A DNA stretch of 64,000 nt, from the NCBI GenBank assembly GCA_963749495.1, contig CAVVMW010000006.1:288001-352000 (forward strand), written 5' to 3'. A model generated the notes under the pieces. It did no database searches. It worked only from the letters and a program-made list of their open reading frames with translations, and was not told the origin of the DNA. The position numbers and the translations under genes were made by a program. Source of the DNA: an uncultured bacterium (GTDB taxonomy: Bacteria > Verrucomicrobiota > Verrucomicrobiia > Limisphaerales > UBA8199). How positions within the stretch are numbered: the stretch's first letter is position 1; each line of letters starts with the position of its first letter. Positions 1 to 9,624 of this stretch are shown piece after piece.

Positions 1-9
1 TTTCCGAGC

Positions 10-1074
10 TTGTACGCCCCGCGCGCCTGGCGGGAGACCGGTGAAGCGGAGGAGGCCGAGCCCCGGGCTTGGGGCGGATGGCTGGGATTGCGCTTCGGGC
101 CGGTTCGCAGCCAACCGGCCCACCGGGGCCGGTTGGAAGCCAACCCCTATTACTGGCTGGCGGGGCGCGACCTGACTTCCCAATGGGCTGCGTGGTGCCT
201 GCTGGGTCCGCTGTTCGGCATCTGGGCGTGCCTGGTCATGGCGAGCCTTGCTCTGGACATCCGGACCAGCGCGTCATTCAGTGCCCTGCTTTGGGCGATC
301 ATCGTAACCGCTTATGGGATGCACCAGGTTCTAAAGTACTTGGTAACCATCGAGGCCTCGCGCCGGCTCTGCGAGGAACTCCGCAGCGGGACAATCGAGC
401 CGTTGCTGGTGACCCCGATCTCCGAGGCGCAGATTGTGGCGGGGCAGAGGCAGGCGCTGGTTGGCTTGTTCGGGCGGCCTGCCGCCCTGGCAGTGGTCGC
501 CAACCTGGTCGTGCTGCCGCTCTCGGTCGGATTCTATCTGGCGCGCGATGATTCGAGCGCCGCCTGGTTGTTCGGCCTGGCTAGCATCACAGGGATTGCC
601 ATGCTGCTGTTTGATGTCCATGCCTTGAGCCTGGTGGGGATGTGGCTGGCTATAAAAGGGGTGGGGCATCGGCGGGCGGTCTTCGGCGCCCTGTCGCGGG
701 TGATGTTGGGGCCGTGGCTGGCGATAGCGATTCTGCTGCTGATGCGCGGGCTGGGGGCCAGCCTGGCTTTCGAGAGCCTCATCTGCTGGTGGGGCGTCAG
801 CGCCCTGATTGACCTGAGCCTCGCTAACCGGGCCAAAGAGGAACTGCTCAAGGGCCTGCGGGACCATGCCTCCGAGCCCGCCGCACCCGAGACGGCGCCG
901 GGGCCGGCCCCGGAAAACGCGGAGCCGTCCGGCGCGCCGGGCAGCCGCGATCTCCGGCCCAAGGGGCCGGCAGAACCTAGCCCAGGGCTGAGGCCGCCAG
1001 GCCGATGCCCTGGGACAGGCCCGCGCAAGCACGGGCGCGCCCTGAAGGGGGAATGGCACTTACTTAGTGCCTAA
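10..1074 (+). CDS. ABC-2-type permease-like membrane protein, C-terminal part (5' end lies outside the window)
   Basis: Multiple hydrophobic helices. Its EELRSGTIEPLLVTP motif is shared with the downstream paralogs. The ORF reads through a palindromic repeat and stops inside the IS4 left end. Confidence 0.7.
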   Translation: MYAPRAWRETGEAEEAEPRAWGGWLGLRFGPVRSQPAHRGRLEANPYYWLAGRDLTSQWAAWCLLGPLFGIWACLVMASLALDIRTSASFSALLWAIIVTAYGMHQVLKYLVTIEASRRLCEELRSGTIEPLLVTPISEAQIVAGQRQALVGLFGRPAALAVVANLVVLPLSVGFYLARDDSSAAWLFGLASITGIAMLLFDVHALSLVGMWLAIKGVGHRRAVFGALSRVMLGPWLAIAILLLMRGLGASLAFESLICWWGVSALIDLSLANRAKEELLKGLRDHASEPAAPETAPGPAPENAEPSGAPGSRDLRPKGPAEPSPGLRPPGRCPGTGPRKHGRALKGEWHLLSA

Positions 1075-1410
1075 AACTTTGGCGCTTAGGCGCTTGCGTT
1101 GATGGGGATGAGGTGCCCTCTGGAAGATAATCTTGCGGGACAGCCGCTCCATGTCACGCAACAGCCCCCGCACCTGTCGGTAGTGGTTAACCGCTTGGCG
1201 CATCTGCTCGAACTCCTCCTGGGTTAGTGAGACGGTGATCGTCTTCTGCGCGACTTTGCGCGTCCACTGGTAACCGGCACCTCCGCCCGAGCGCCGCGTG
1301 CGGTCCTGCACCGAGCCCTGGCTGAGGTAGCCTATTTGGCTCAAACGGCGTCGCAATTGCTCGTATTGCCGGTCCCAGGAGGCGGTGCCCTCATACAGAT
1401 TTTTGTTCAT
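1060..1410 (-). CDS. IS-associated accessory protein (resembles DUF6788 family)
   Basis: 116 aa from ATG 1410. The GSV...YQWTRKVAQKTITVSL...NHYRQVRGLL pattern recalls DUF6788 proteins found beside transposases. The stop codon lies in the left TIR. Confidence 0.65.
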   Translation of the reverse strand: MNKNLYEGTASWDRQYEQLRRRLSQIGYLSQGSVQDRTRRSGGGAGYQWTRKVAQKTITVSLTQEEFEQMRQAVNHYRQVRGLLRDMERLSRKIIFQRAPHPHQRKRLSAKVLGTK

Positions 1411-1442
1411 CGGCCTCAATTTTAGCTTGCCGGTCAAGCATA

Positions 1443-1462
1443 GTCCAGTATATATACTGGAC
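1443..1462. promoter_or_regulatory. Perfect 20-bp palindrome between the divergent IS ORFs (candidate operator)
   Basis: gtccagtatatatactggac, ending immediately before the transposase ATG at 1463. Confidence 0.55.
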
Positions 1463-2929
1463 ATGCACACGCCCTTTTTCCCACCCTGGCGCTCTCGCCT
1501 GGCCCGCTTGGGTTCCCGCACCGCCCACGCCTGCCGCCAGGTCCGCGCCTATACCCTCTGCCAACTGGAAAAGTGCTTCTCCTCCTCGGTACCCCAGGAG
1601 TGCTTTCCCAAGGCCAAGGCCTCCGCCCACAAAAACTGCCGCGACCGCGACTACACCCGCTGGCGCACCTTCTGGTGCATGGTCTGGCAAGCCCTCAACC
1701 CCGACGCCTCCGGGCGCGAGGTCGTGCGCCAACTCCAGGCCCTCTTCCTCTTGGAAGACGGCCCCCAGATCTCCCCCGAGGACGGCGCCTACTGCCGCGC
1801 CAAGGCCCGCCTGCCGCTCAGGCAATTCCCCAAGGTTTTGGCCGCCACCGCCCGGGCCGCCGACAAGCAAGTCCCGGCCCTGACTCAACTCCAAGGCCGG
1901 CCCCTCAAGGCCGCCGACGGCTCGGCCCTCACGCTGGCCGACACGCGCAAAAACCGAAGGGCGTATCCCCCTCTGCAGTGCGCCGACAAACCCAGCTTCC
2001 CCAAGATGCGCATCGTCGTGCTCTTTTCCATGCTCAGCGGCGCGATCCTGGCCATGGCCCAAGGCAGCTTGGCGCTCTCCGAACTGTCGTTGTTGACGCT
2101 GCTCAGCAGCCAATTGGTGGCCGGGGATATCCTGGTGGCAGACCGCGGCTTCGGTTTTTACGCGGTCCTCGCCTGGCTCAAGCACCTTCTGAACGTGGAC
2201 TTCATCGGGCGGTCCACGCGCCGGCTCGATGGGCGAAGGCGCCTCCGCCGCTTGGGCAGAAACGACTGGCTCTTCGTGTGGGGAAAACCCCAGCGCCGGG
2301 CTCCCTGGCTGACGCTGCTCCAATGGATTGGCTTGCCCAGCCAGTTGACGGTGCGCGTGGTCAAGGGCAGTTGCTATCAGAAAGGCTTCCGCGTACGCCA
2401 GGTCAAACTGGTGACCACGCTCTTGGACCCAGAACTCTACCCCGCCGAACAGATCCTCCGCGCTTACTTGCGGCGGTGGCGCCTGGAGATGTGCCTGGAT
2501 GACCTGAAAACCACTCTGGAAATGGAGACCCTCCGCGGGCGCAGCCCGAACATGGTTCGCAAAGAGGCCTACACGCGCCTCATCGCCCACAATCTCATCC
2601 GTGGCACCATGGCTCAGGCCGCCACCGAACATGAGGTGCCCCTGGAGCGCATCAGCTTCAAAGGCTCGCTGGACGCAATCCGGCACTTTACCCAGGCCAT
2701 GGCCCAAGCCCGCTCCAAAAAGAAACGCCGCCAACTGTGGTCCGATCTGCTCGAAACGCTAGCCGCCGATTTGGTCCCCGAGCGGCCAAACCGACGCGAG
2801 CCGCGCGCCGTCAAACGCAAGAAAAACAAATACCCGCGGCTCAACGCACCCCGCCGCAGGTTCCGCGATCATCTCAAACGTCACACGCGCCGCACCAGGG
2901 CCCGTTTGCGCAAGCTCGGTCTTATGTAA
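1463..2929 (+). CDS. IS4 family DDE transposase
   Basis: AADGS, ADRGF and YLRRWRLEMCLDDLK (YREK) motifs; C-terminal RPNRREPRAVKR. The stop codon lies in the right TIR. Confidence 0.92.
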   Translation: MHTPFFPPWRSRLARLGSRTAHACRQVRAYTLCQLEKCFSSSVPQECFPKAKASAHKNCRDRDYTRWRTFWCMVWQALNPDASGREVVRQLQALFLLEDGPQISPEDGAYCRAKARLPLRQFPKVLAATARAADKQVPALTQLQGRPLKAADGSALTLADTRKNRRAYPPLQCADKPSFPKMRIVVLFSMLSGAILAMAQGSLALSELSLLTLLSSQLVAGDILVADRGFGFYAVLAWLKHLLNVDFIGRSTRRLDGRRRLRRLGRNDWLFVWGKPQRRAPWLTLLQWIGLPSQLTVRVVKGSCYQKGFRVRQVKLVTTLLDPELYPAEQILRAYLRRWRLEMCLDDLKTTLEMETLRGRSPNMVRKEAYTRLIAHNLIRGTMAQAATEHEVPLERISFKGSLDAIRHFTQAMAQARSKKKRRQLWSDLLETLAADLVPERPNRREPRAVKRKKNKYPRLNAPRRRFRDHLKRHTRRTRARLRKLGLM

Positions 2930-3064
2930 GCGCCATTCCCCTGCAGGGGCGCCACAGGGCTCTGGCGCCCCTTCAGGGCGCCCGGCCCGTTTCTGTGGCC
3001 AACCCCCAGGGCATCGGCCTAACGGCCTCAGCCCTGGGCTAGGTTCTGGCGGCCCGTTGGGCCG

Positions 3065-3156
3065 CGACAAAGGTCCGACAAAGGTCCCGACAAAGGCCGC
3101 GACAAAGGCTGCGACAAGGCTCCCCGCTCGTGAGGAAAACCACTTGGCCTTGTCGA
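3065..3156. repeat. 12-mer (CGACAAAGGnnn) tandem repeat cassette
   Basis: About five cgacaaagg units followed by an inverted ccttgtcg. Confidence 0.75.
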
Positions 3157-3230
3157 AATAGTCTCGATTGGCCAACGTGCAGGCAGATTGCTCCAACGCG
3201 GTTCCGGTTTGCGGAAGGCAAGCCCGAAGG

Positions 3231-3308
3231 TTTTGGACTGCGCCAGTCCTCTGGCGCTTTCTCGTTCCCACCGTGCAAAAAGCGGCAGAGGACTGCCGCA
3301 GTCCAAAA
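3231..3308. repeat. Palindromic repeat family A (TTTTGGACTGCGCCAGTCCTCTGGCGCTTT...inverse)
   Basis: Other copies at 5025-5103, 14840-14923, 23048-23150, 53999-54076, 54916-54993 and 60036-60114; half copies at about 31695 and 47586. Confidence 0.9.
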
Positions 3309-3379
3309 CGCTTCGCACCAGGTGGAGTTCGTCCGGTCCAAGGTGCCCATGCGCTATCTCCAGATCGTGGCGCCTCCCC

Positions 3380-4985
3380 ATGACTGTCCTTCCGGTCATC
3401 GCACGGGAGTTGCGCGTGGCGGCACGACGGACCTCGACCTACACCCTGCGGATGAACGGGGTGGTGGCGTTGCTGGCGGTCTGCGTCTGGCTCGCCTTCA
3501 GCCCGGGTGTCAACTGGAACGACGGCGGCGCCGTTTTCGCTTGCCTCCATGCGGGGACGTTCGTGGCGATCTGGGTCCTGGTGCCGCTGGTTACGGCCGA
3601 TTGCATCAGCCGCGAACGGCGGGAGGGGACGCTGCCGCTGCTGTTTCTGACGCCGCTCAAGGCGCGCGACATTGTGCTGGCCAAGGGACTGGCCCACGGT
3701 TTGACGGCGTTGAGCTTGTGGCTGGCAGTGCTGCCGGTGGTGACGGTCCCGTTCATCACGGGAGGATTAGGCCGGAGGGAGGCGCTGTATTCGATACTGG
3801 TCAATTTCAGTTCCATCCTGCTGGCGCTGGCGGCCGGCCTGGTGGCCTCGGCGCACAGCAAGGTACACGGGCGCGCGTTGATTCTGGCGGGCTGCCTCGC
3901 CTTTGTGTTTTGTCTGGGTTTCATCCTGAGCACCGGCGTTGTCTGGCTAGGGGTCTTTTGGGGCAAGGCACCCGGCTCCAGAAACAACCTCCTGGCGGCA
4001 TTGACCGACCTGGGTGAAATGGTTGGGCGCGGGGCGGCGCTGGTGCTGGGTGCGGGGGGCACCTGGCAACGGCCCGGCTACTTCAGCCGGCTGGTGATGC
4101 TCGCCCTGGGGATCAGCACGGGCCTGTCGGTCCTGGCATTTTGCGCGTTTTTCGCTCTAGCTGCCTGGAGGGTCAAGCAGGTCTGGCGCGAGCCGCCCCC
4201 GTCGGCCCGGCAAGTGTGGCTGGAGAGGAAACTCTGCACCCCGGTTCTCTTCCCGCGGGTATTCCGCTGGTGGATGGGTTGGGAGCTCGAACGAAACCCG
4301 GTAGGCTGGCTGGAACGGCGGAGTTGGAGCGGGCGGCTGGTGTCCTGGGGCTGGCTTGGGCTTGTGATCCTGTTCTACACCTATGCCCTGACGAACTACA
4401 ACGTGTTCAATCAGGGTTCTTTAGGCGCCCTGGAGCGAATCCTGGCGTGGTTCCTGGCCGGCAGCGTCGCACTGAGCGCGGCCGGCAGTTTCCGGCGAGA
4501 GCGCGAGAGCGGCCTGCTCGAGCCTGCTGCTGGTGGCCCCGCTCAAGGAATGGCAGGTCGTGGGCGGCCGGGTGCGCGGCCTCTGGGCCCAATTCCTGCC
4601 CGCAGTCGCCCTGCTTCTTGGCCTTTGGCTCTATTGCTCGGGCTTTACGGAAAACGAGGGTCAATGGCCGTTCCTCCTATGCTTTGCGGGGACCTTCCTG
4701 ACCCTGCCGGTCATCGGCCTGTATTATTCGCTGGTCAAGCGCGCCCTGCTGTGGGCCTTCCTCTGGACCTTGCTGGTGGGAGTGGCGTTTCCGGCGTTCC
4801 TCGCGGAAGGGGCCCGGCTGATCGATCTGAGGTTCCAGACCGTTGCCAGCCCGGTCTATCCGCACGACCTTGCTATTGTCTGGCTCTTCACCCCGATCCA
4901 GGCGGCCCTGGCAGCCATTATGGCTGGACGGTTGCACTCCGCTCTGAAGGGCCGCAGTTTCGCCGTTCAAGGGACGGGGGGGTGA
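3380..4985 (+). CDS. ABC-2-type permease-like membrane protein, +1 frameshift near 4523
   Basis: Starts MTVLPVIARELRVAARR and contains ERREGTLPLLFLTPL. The hydrophobic frame continues in ORF 4533..4985 after an extra C in gag-c-ctg-ctg. Confidence 0.75.
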
Positions 4986-4988
4986 AGC

Positions 4989-5021
4989 GTGAAACGTGAA
5001 ACGTGAAACGTGAAACGTGAA
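4989..5021. repeat. GTGAAAC heptamer tandem repeat
   Basis: Also at 12903-12932, 28759-28837 (inverted pair), 33134-33163 and 63932-63954. Confidence 0.9.
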
Positions 5022-5171
5022 GCGTTTTGGACTGCGCCAGTCCTCTGGCGCTTTTCAAACCCCGGCGGACGCCAAAGCGCCAGAGGACTGGCGCAGTCCA
5101 AAACCTTGCGGGCTTCCACAGTGTCACGGGGACGGGTGCGACTAAGACTGTCGGTGAACCGCTGGCGCCTC

Positions 5172-5364
5172 TTTGCCCCGGAGGGGCATCCGAGAATAGC
5201 CCGGCGTTTCAACGCCGGGTGAGCGGCCACAAAAAGCAGGTCCGTCCCGAAGGGACGGTTGAAAGCAAGGAGTGTTCTCAGCCGTCCCTTCGGGACGAGG
5301 ACCACTTTCTTCGCCTCCCCGGCGTTGAAACGCCGGGCTATTCTCGGATGTCCCTCCGGGACAA
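5172..5364. repeat. Nested palindromic repeat family B (CCCGGAGGGRCA...CCCGGCG-hairpin...GTCCCGAAGGGACG)
   Basis: About 190-bp self-complementary element; second copy at 14521-14733. Confidence 0.85.
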
Positions 5365-5460
5365 AACTCCCATGTCGGATGCCCGACACTTTTGATCCCG
5401 CCCCACGGAGACGGCGCGCTTGCCGGCGGAACAGGCTGTTGTTAGAGTCGGGTTCGAGGC

Positions 5461-7387
5461 ATGACCTTTTTGCCCATAGTGGATCGGGAGCTTCGCGTGG
5501 CGGCACGGAGGCGGAGCACCTTCTGGCTGAGGGTGAGCGCCGCGCTGGTGGGTCTGTTGATCGGGGGCGGCCTGATGCTCCTGAGCCTCGCTCGGCGCCT
5601 TCATGGCTTCGTCCATGGGGAACGTCGTGTTCGGCACCCTCACCTCGCTGGCGCTGGTGGTATCGCTGGCGGCGGGGCTCTTCTTCACCGCGGACTGCCT
5701 CAGCGAAGAGAAACGCGAGGGCACGCTCGGGTTTTTGTTCCTCACGGATTTGAAGGGGTATGATGTAGTGGGGGGCAAGCTGCTGGCGACGTCGCTGCCG
5801 GTGATCTACGCGTTGATGGCAGTCATTCCGATCCTGGCGGTCGCGTTCCTGATGGGGGCGGTTTCGGGGATGCAGTATTTGAAATCGGCGCTGGCGCTGC
5901 TCAACGCATTGTTCTGTTCGCTGGCGGCGGGACTCCTGGTCTCGGCCCTGAGCCGCGACCCGCAGAAGGCCATGGGGGGCACAGTGGTGTTGCTGCTGTT
6001 GCTGGTCCTGGGCGGGCCGATAGCCGACGCGATTTATTGCAGCGCGCAAAACCGGGCGTTCACGCCCCTGTTCAGCCTGGCCAGCCCTGGCTATGTCTTC
6101 AAGCTGGCGCGGGACTGGGGGCGCAGCCCGTATTGGCTGGCGCTGGGGATCAGCGATGGCGTCGGCTGGGCCATGCTGGCGGGGGCGTGCCTGGCAGTGC
6201 CGCGCGCCTGGCAGGAGAAGGCGCGCAGAGCCAGGAGTTCCCGCCTGGGCTACTGGTGGCGCTACGGCGGGGCCAGGCGCCGCGGCTTGCTGCGCCGCAG
6301 GTTGCTGGAGCGCAATCCCATCCTGTGGCTGGCCTGCCGCGAACGCTGGCAATCGGTTGGCATCTGGACCATCTCGTTGATCATCGCGGGCGTGTTCATG
6401 GGCCTCATCGTGGGCCGGGCGCCGGAGGAGGCCTGGCCAATCTGGAATTCGGTGGCCTCGCTGTTTGTGGCGCTGTTGTATCTCTGGATGGCCTCGCAGG
6501 CCGGCCGTTTCTTCATCGAGGCGCGCCGCAGCGGGCTGGTCGAGTTGCTCCTGGCATCGCCCGTGTCGGTGAAACAGGTGGTCCAGGGCCACTGGCGCGC
6601 ACTCCTGCGGATGTTTGGCCTGCCCGTGGCGATCCTGCTCCTGACCCAATGGGCCGGGAGCTTGCTGGCCTTTACCCATGGCTGGGGGGCGCTCGGCCTG
6701 TCGCGCAGGCCTCACCTCCTGGCGGCCTTGTTCACCTCCGGGGCCTCGACGCTCTCCACCTCGGCCAGCCTGGCGGCGCTGGCCTGGTTTGGCATGTGGA
6801 TGGGTATGACCTCGAAGAACACCGGCTATGCCACTCTCAAGACACTCCTCTTCGTCAAGGTCATTCCCCTCCTGGTCATCTATTTCATCACGGCCTGTGC
6901 GAGCGTTTTCCTGGTCTTTCTGCCGCAAACCCGCGCGCTGATGTCCGCCGCGGCAACGACCAGGACGGTTACCAATGCCTCAGGCGGGGTCACCGTTGTC
7001 GTGAGGTCCACGGCGGTCACCAATGCGTCCCCCGGCAACAGCGGCACCGCCGCAGCCGTGAGGACCACGACGGTCACCAATGCCACGACCGGTAATAGCG
7101 GCACCGTCTTCGCCGTGACGACCACGGCCTCCGTCCCCGCGGCTCCCTTTATTCAAATCGCGGTCCTGTGGACCTGCCTGTCGGCAACGTTGAACATCGC
7201 ACTGGCCATCGGGCTCATCGCCTGGGCGCGCAAGAGGTTGCTCAACACCTTCCGCCGCCAAGCCGTGCGCAGCCTGGTCCCGGTCTATTCACAGCGGCCC
7301 GCCCGTGCGGCGCCGCCCACGCCGGCGCCGCTCAAGGCCCCGCCCCTGATAGCCGCGCCCCCGGTCATTGGCAAACCACGGGTGTGA
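5461..7387 (+). CDS. ABC-2-type permease-like membrane protein, +1 frameshift near 5590
   Basis: MTFLPIVDRELRVAARR start in one frame; ADCLSEEKREGTLGFLFLTDL and the rest in ORF 5603..7387. Confidence 0.75.
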
Positions 7388-7461
7388 GGAGGCAGCCGTG
7401 CAAGAGGACTTCGAGGCTGGGAAGCAATCGGTCAGTGAAGGCGGAAACGGAGTCCCCGGCG

Positions 7462-7611
7462 AACCCCTCACCCCAGCCCTCTCCCCTTCCGAAGGGGAGA
7501 GGGAGGATTCTGGGCAGCGGCTTGAGAAGACCGAGACGCCTGGAATCCTCAGAGACTGCCGACACTTCTCCCTCTCCCCTTCGGAAGGGGAGAGGGACGG
7601 GGTGAGGGGTC
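7462..7611. repeat. Palindromic repeat family C (CCCCTCACCCCRGCCCTCTCCCC...GGGAGAGGG...GGGTGAGGGG)
   Basis: Other copies at 11348-11497 and 27047-27154. Confidence 0.9.
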
Positions 7612-7756
7612 TGCCCGGGGTGTCACCCCCGCCTTCACTGCGGCCTTACGCTGGGAACCAGGGCCGGACTTTCGGTGAGGGACAAAAGGGACAAAAGGGA
7701 CTTAAGGGACTTAAGGGACGGGCTGCTCTCCGGGCCGCTGGGCTTGGGGTTTTGTT

Positions 7757-9392
7757 ATGACTTTTCTGCCGATCGTCGCTCGGGAGTTGCGCGTGGCCTC
7801 GCGCAAGCGGGGGACATTCTGGGGCCGCACCGGGGCGGCCCTGGCGGTGGTCGTGGTAGGGACCTGGTCGTTCCTGCTGAGCGGCCAGGCAGCGCCCTCG
7901 GATGTCGCCCTGACCCTCTTCGGCATCATGACGGGCAGCGCTGCGCTGTATTGCCTGTTCAGCGGGCTGTGGTCCACGGCGGATTGTCTGAGCCAGGAAA
8001 AGCGGGAAGGCACCTTGGGTTTGTTGTTCCTGACGGACCTGCGCGGCTATGACGTGGTCCTGGGCAAGCTGGCGGCCACCTCGCTCAACGCCTTCTACGG
8101 TGTGCTGGCCATGGTGCCGATGCTGGCCGTGCCGATGTTGTTGGGCGGGCTGACTCCGGGAGAGTTCGGCCGGATGGCGCTGGTCATTTTGGACACGCTC
8201 TTTTTTTCGCTGACGCTCGGCCTGTGCGTCTCGGCGGCGAGCCGTTCGGCGCGCAAGGCCGTGCTGGCCACGTTCCTGCTGATCCTGGTCTTTGCGATTA
8301 TTCTGCCGATCTGTTCGGCCTGGATGACTTTCCTGGGCAAATCGCCGCGGCTGACGGAGCCGCTGTTGCTGCCCAGCCCCGGTTTCGCATTCGGCGCAGC
8401 CTTTGATAGCTCTTACAAGATCATGTCCAAGGCATTCTGGTGGTCGATCGGGGTCATTCAGGGCCTGGGCTGGGTTTTCCTGGTGAGTGCCAGCGTGGTG
8501 GCGCCGCGCGCCTGGCAGGACCGGCCCGGCGCCGGCCTGGGCCTGCGCTGGCGCGAGCGCTGGCATGAGTGGAACTTCGGCGAGCCGGGCGAGCGCACCG
8601 CCTTCAGGAACCGGTTGCTGGACGAGAACGCCTATTTCTGGCTTGCCGCGCGGGCGCGGTTGCGCCCGGTGTTCGTCTGGGGGGTGCTCGGGTTGGTCGC
8701 GTGCGTCTGGGCGTGGGGCCTGGCCAAGTACCACACTCAATGGCTCCTGCCGGCCATGTACCTGCTCACCGCCGGCTTCCTGAACGCGCTCCTCAAGTGC
8801 TGGGCGGCCGCTGAGGCGGGCCGTCAATTGGCCGAAGACCGCCAAGCCGGCACACTCGAACTGATCCTCTCGACTCCTTTGACCGTGCGGGACATCCTCC
8901 ACGGCCAATTCCTGGCGTTGCAGCGCCAGTTTCTAGGGCCGGTTGCCGTGACGCTCCTCGCATTCCTGGTCTTCCTGGCGGCGACGTTGTCCGACACCCT
9001 CGACGACGGGCAGCGCGCCTTGACGATCTCGGCTCTATCTCTCGGGCATGGTCAGCCTGGTGGCGGACGTGGCGGCCATGCACTGGACGGGGTCATGGCT
9101 CGCCTTGACGGCCCGCAACCCCCAGCGGGTGGCCATGGGGAACATGGGCCGTGTCCTGGCGCTGCCCTGGCTCGGAATGGCCGCCGCCCTCCTGCTCATC
9201 GTCTTCTCCGCCGCCTTCGGCTACGAGCCCCAGCCCACGGCCCTGGTGGCCCTCTGGCTGGCCCTGGGAATCACCACCGACATCGGTTTCGTCGCGCGCG
9301 CCCGCTACAAGCTATTCGCCGAGTTCCGCCAGGCCGCCGCCGAACGATATGTTGCGCCCCGGGCATTCTGGAGCAGAATGTTTGGGAAATGA
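7757..9392 (+). CDS. ABC-2-type permease-like membrane protein, +1 frameshift near 9030
   Basis: MTFLPIVARELRVASRK; EKREGTLGLLFLTDL; EDRQAGTLELILSTPL. The C-terminal helices continue in ORF 9048..9392. Confidence 0.75.
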
Positions 9393-9410
9393 GCTGAGGA
9401 ATGGAATGAT

Positions 9411-9583
9411 GAATGACGAATGACGAATGACGAAACGGACTGAAGGAAATGACGAATGACGAATGACGAATGACGAATGACGAAACGGACTAAAGTGACA
9501 ACAAGCGTCATTCGTCATTCGTCATTCGTCATTCGTCATTCGTCATTCGTCATTCGTCATTCGTCATTCGTCATTCGTCATTC
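9411..9583. repeat. GAATGAC heptamer array followed by its inverse GTCATTC array
   Basis: Same family at 18087-18185, 18971-19054, 26962-27015, 32450-32486, 43858-43958, 55916-55994, 57122-57240 and 63987-64000. Confidence 0.92.
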
Positions 9584-9624
9584 TCTTGCCCCTGGCGGCG
9601 AAAAGGCTTTGAATTGCCCGACGT

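Larger units (their letters stand above)
1051..2938. mobile_element. IS4-family insertion sequence (about 1.9 kb) with two divergent ORFs
   Basis: 13-bp TIRs gaatggcacttac (1051-1063) and gtaagcgccattc (2926-2938), 12/13 match. 11-bp flanking duplication ccctgaagggg (1040-1050) and ccctgcagggg (2939-2949). DDE transposase inside. Confidence 0.9.
955..3064. repeat. Large imperfect palindrome (REP/REPIN-like) split by the IS4 insertion
   Basis: The left arm (cagaacctagcccagggctgaggcc...gccgatgccctggg...ccctgaagggg, 955-1050) is complementary to the right arm (ccccttcaggg...cccagggcatcggc...ggcctcagccctgggctaggttctg, about 2965-3064). Confidence 0.8.

Noticed and set aside
1443..1462. LexA (SOS) box
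   Set aside because: The arms read CAGT...ACTG, the reverse of the E. coli CTGT-N8-ACAG box, and do not match the TGTTC-N4-GAACA type.
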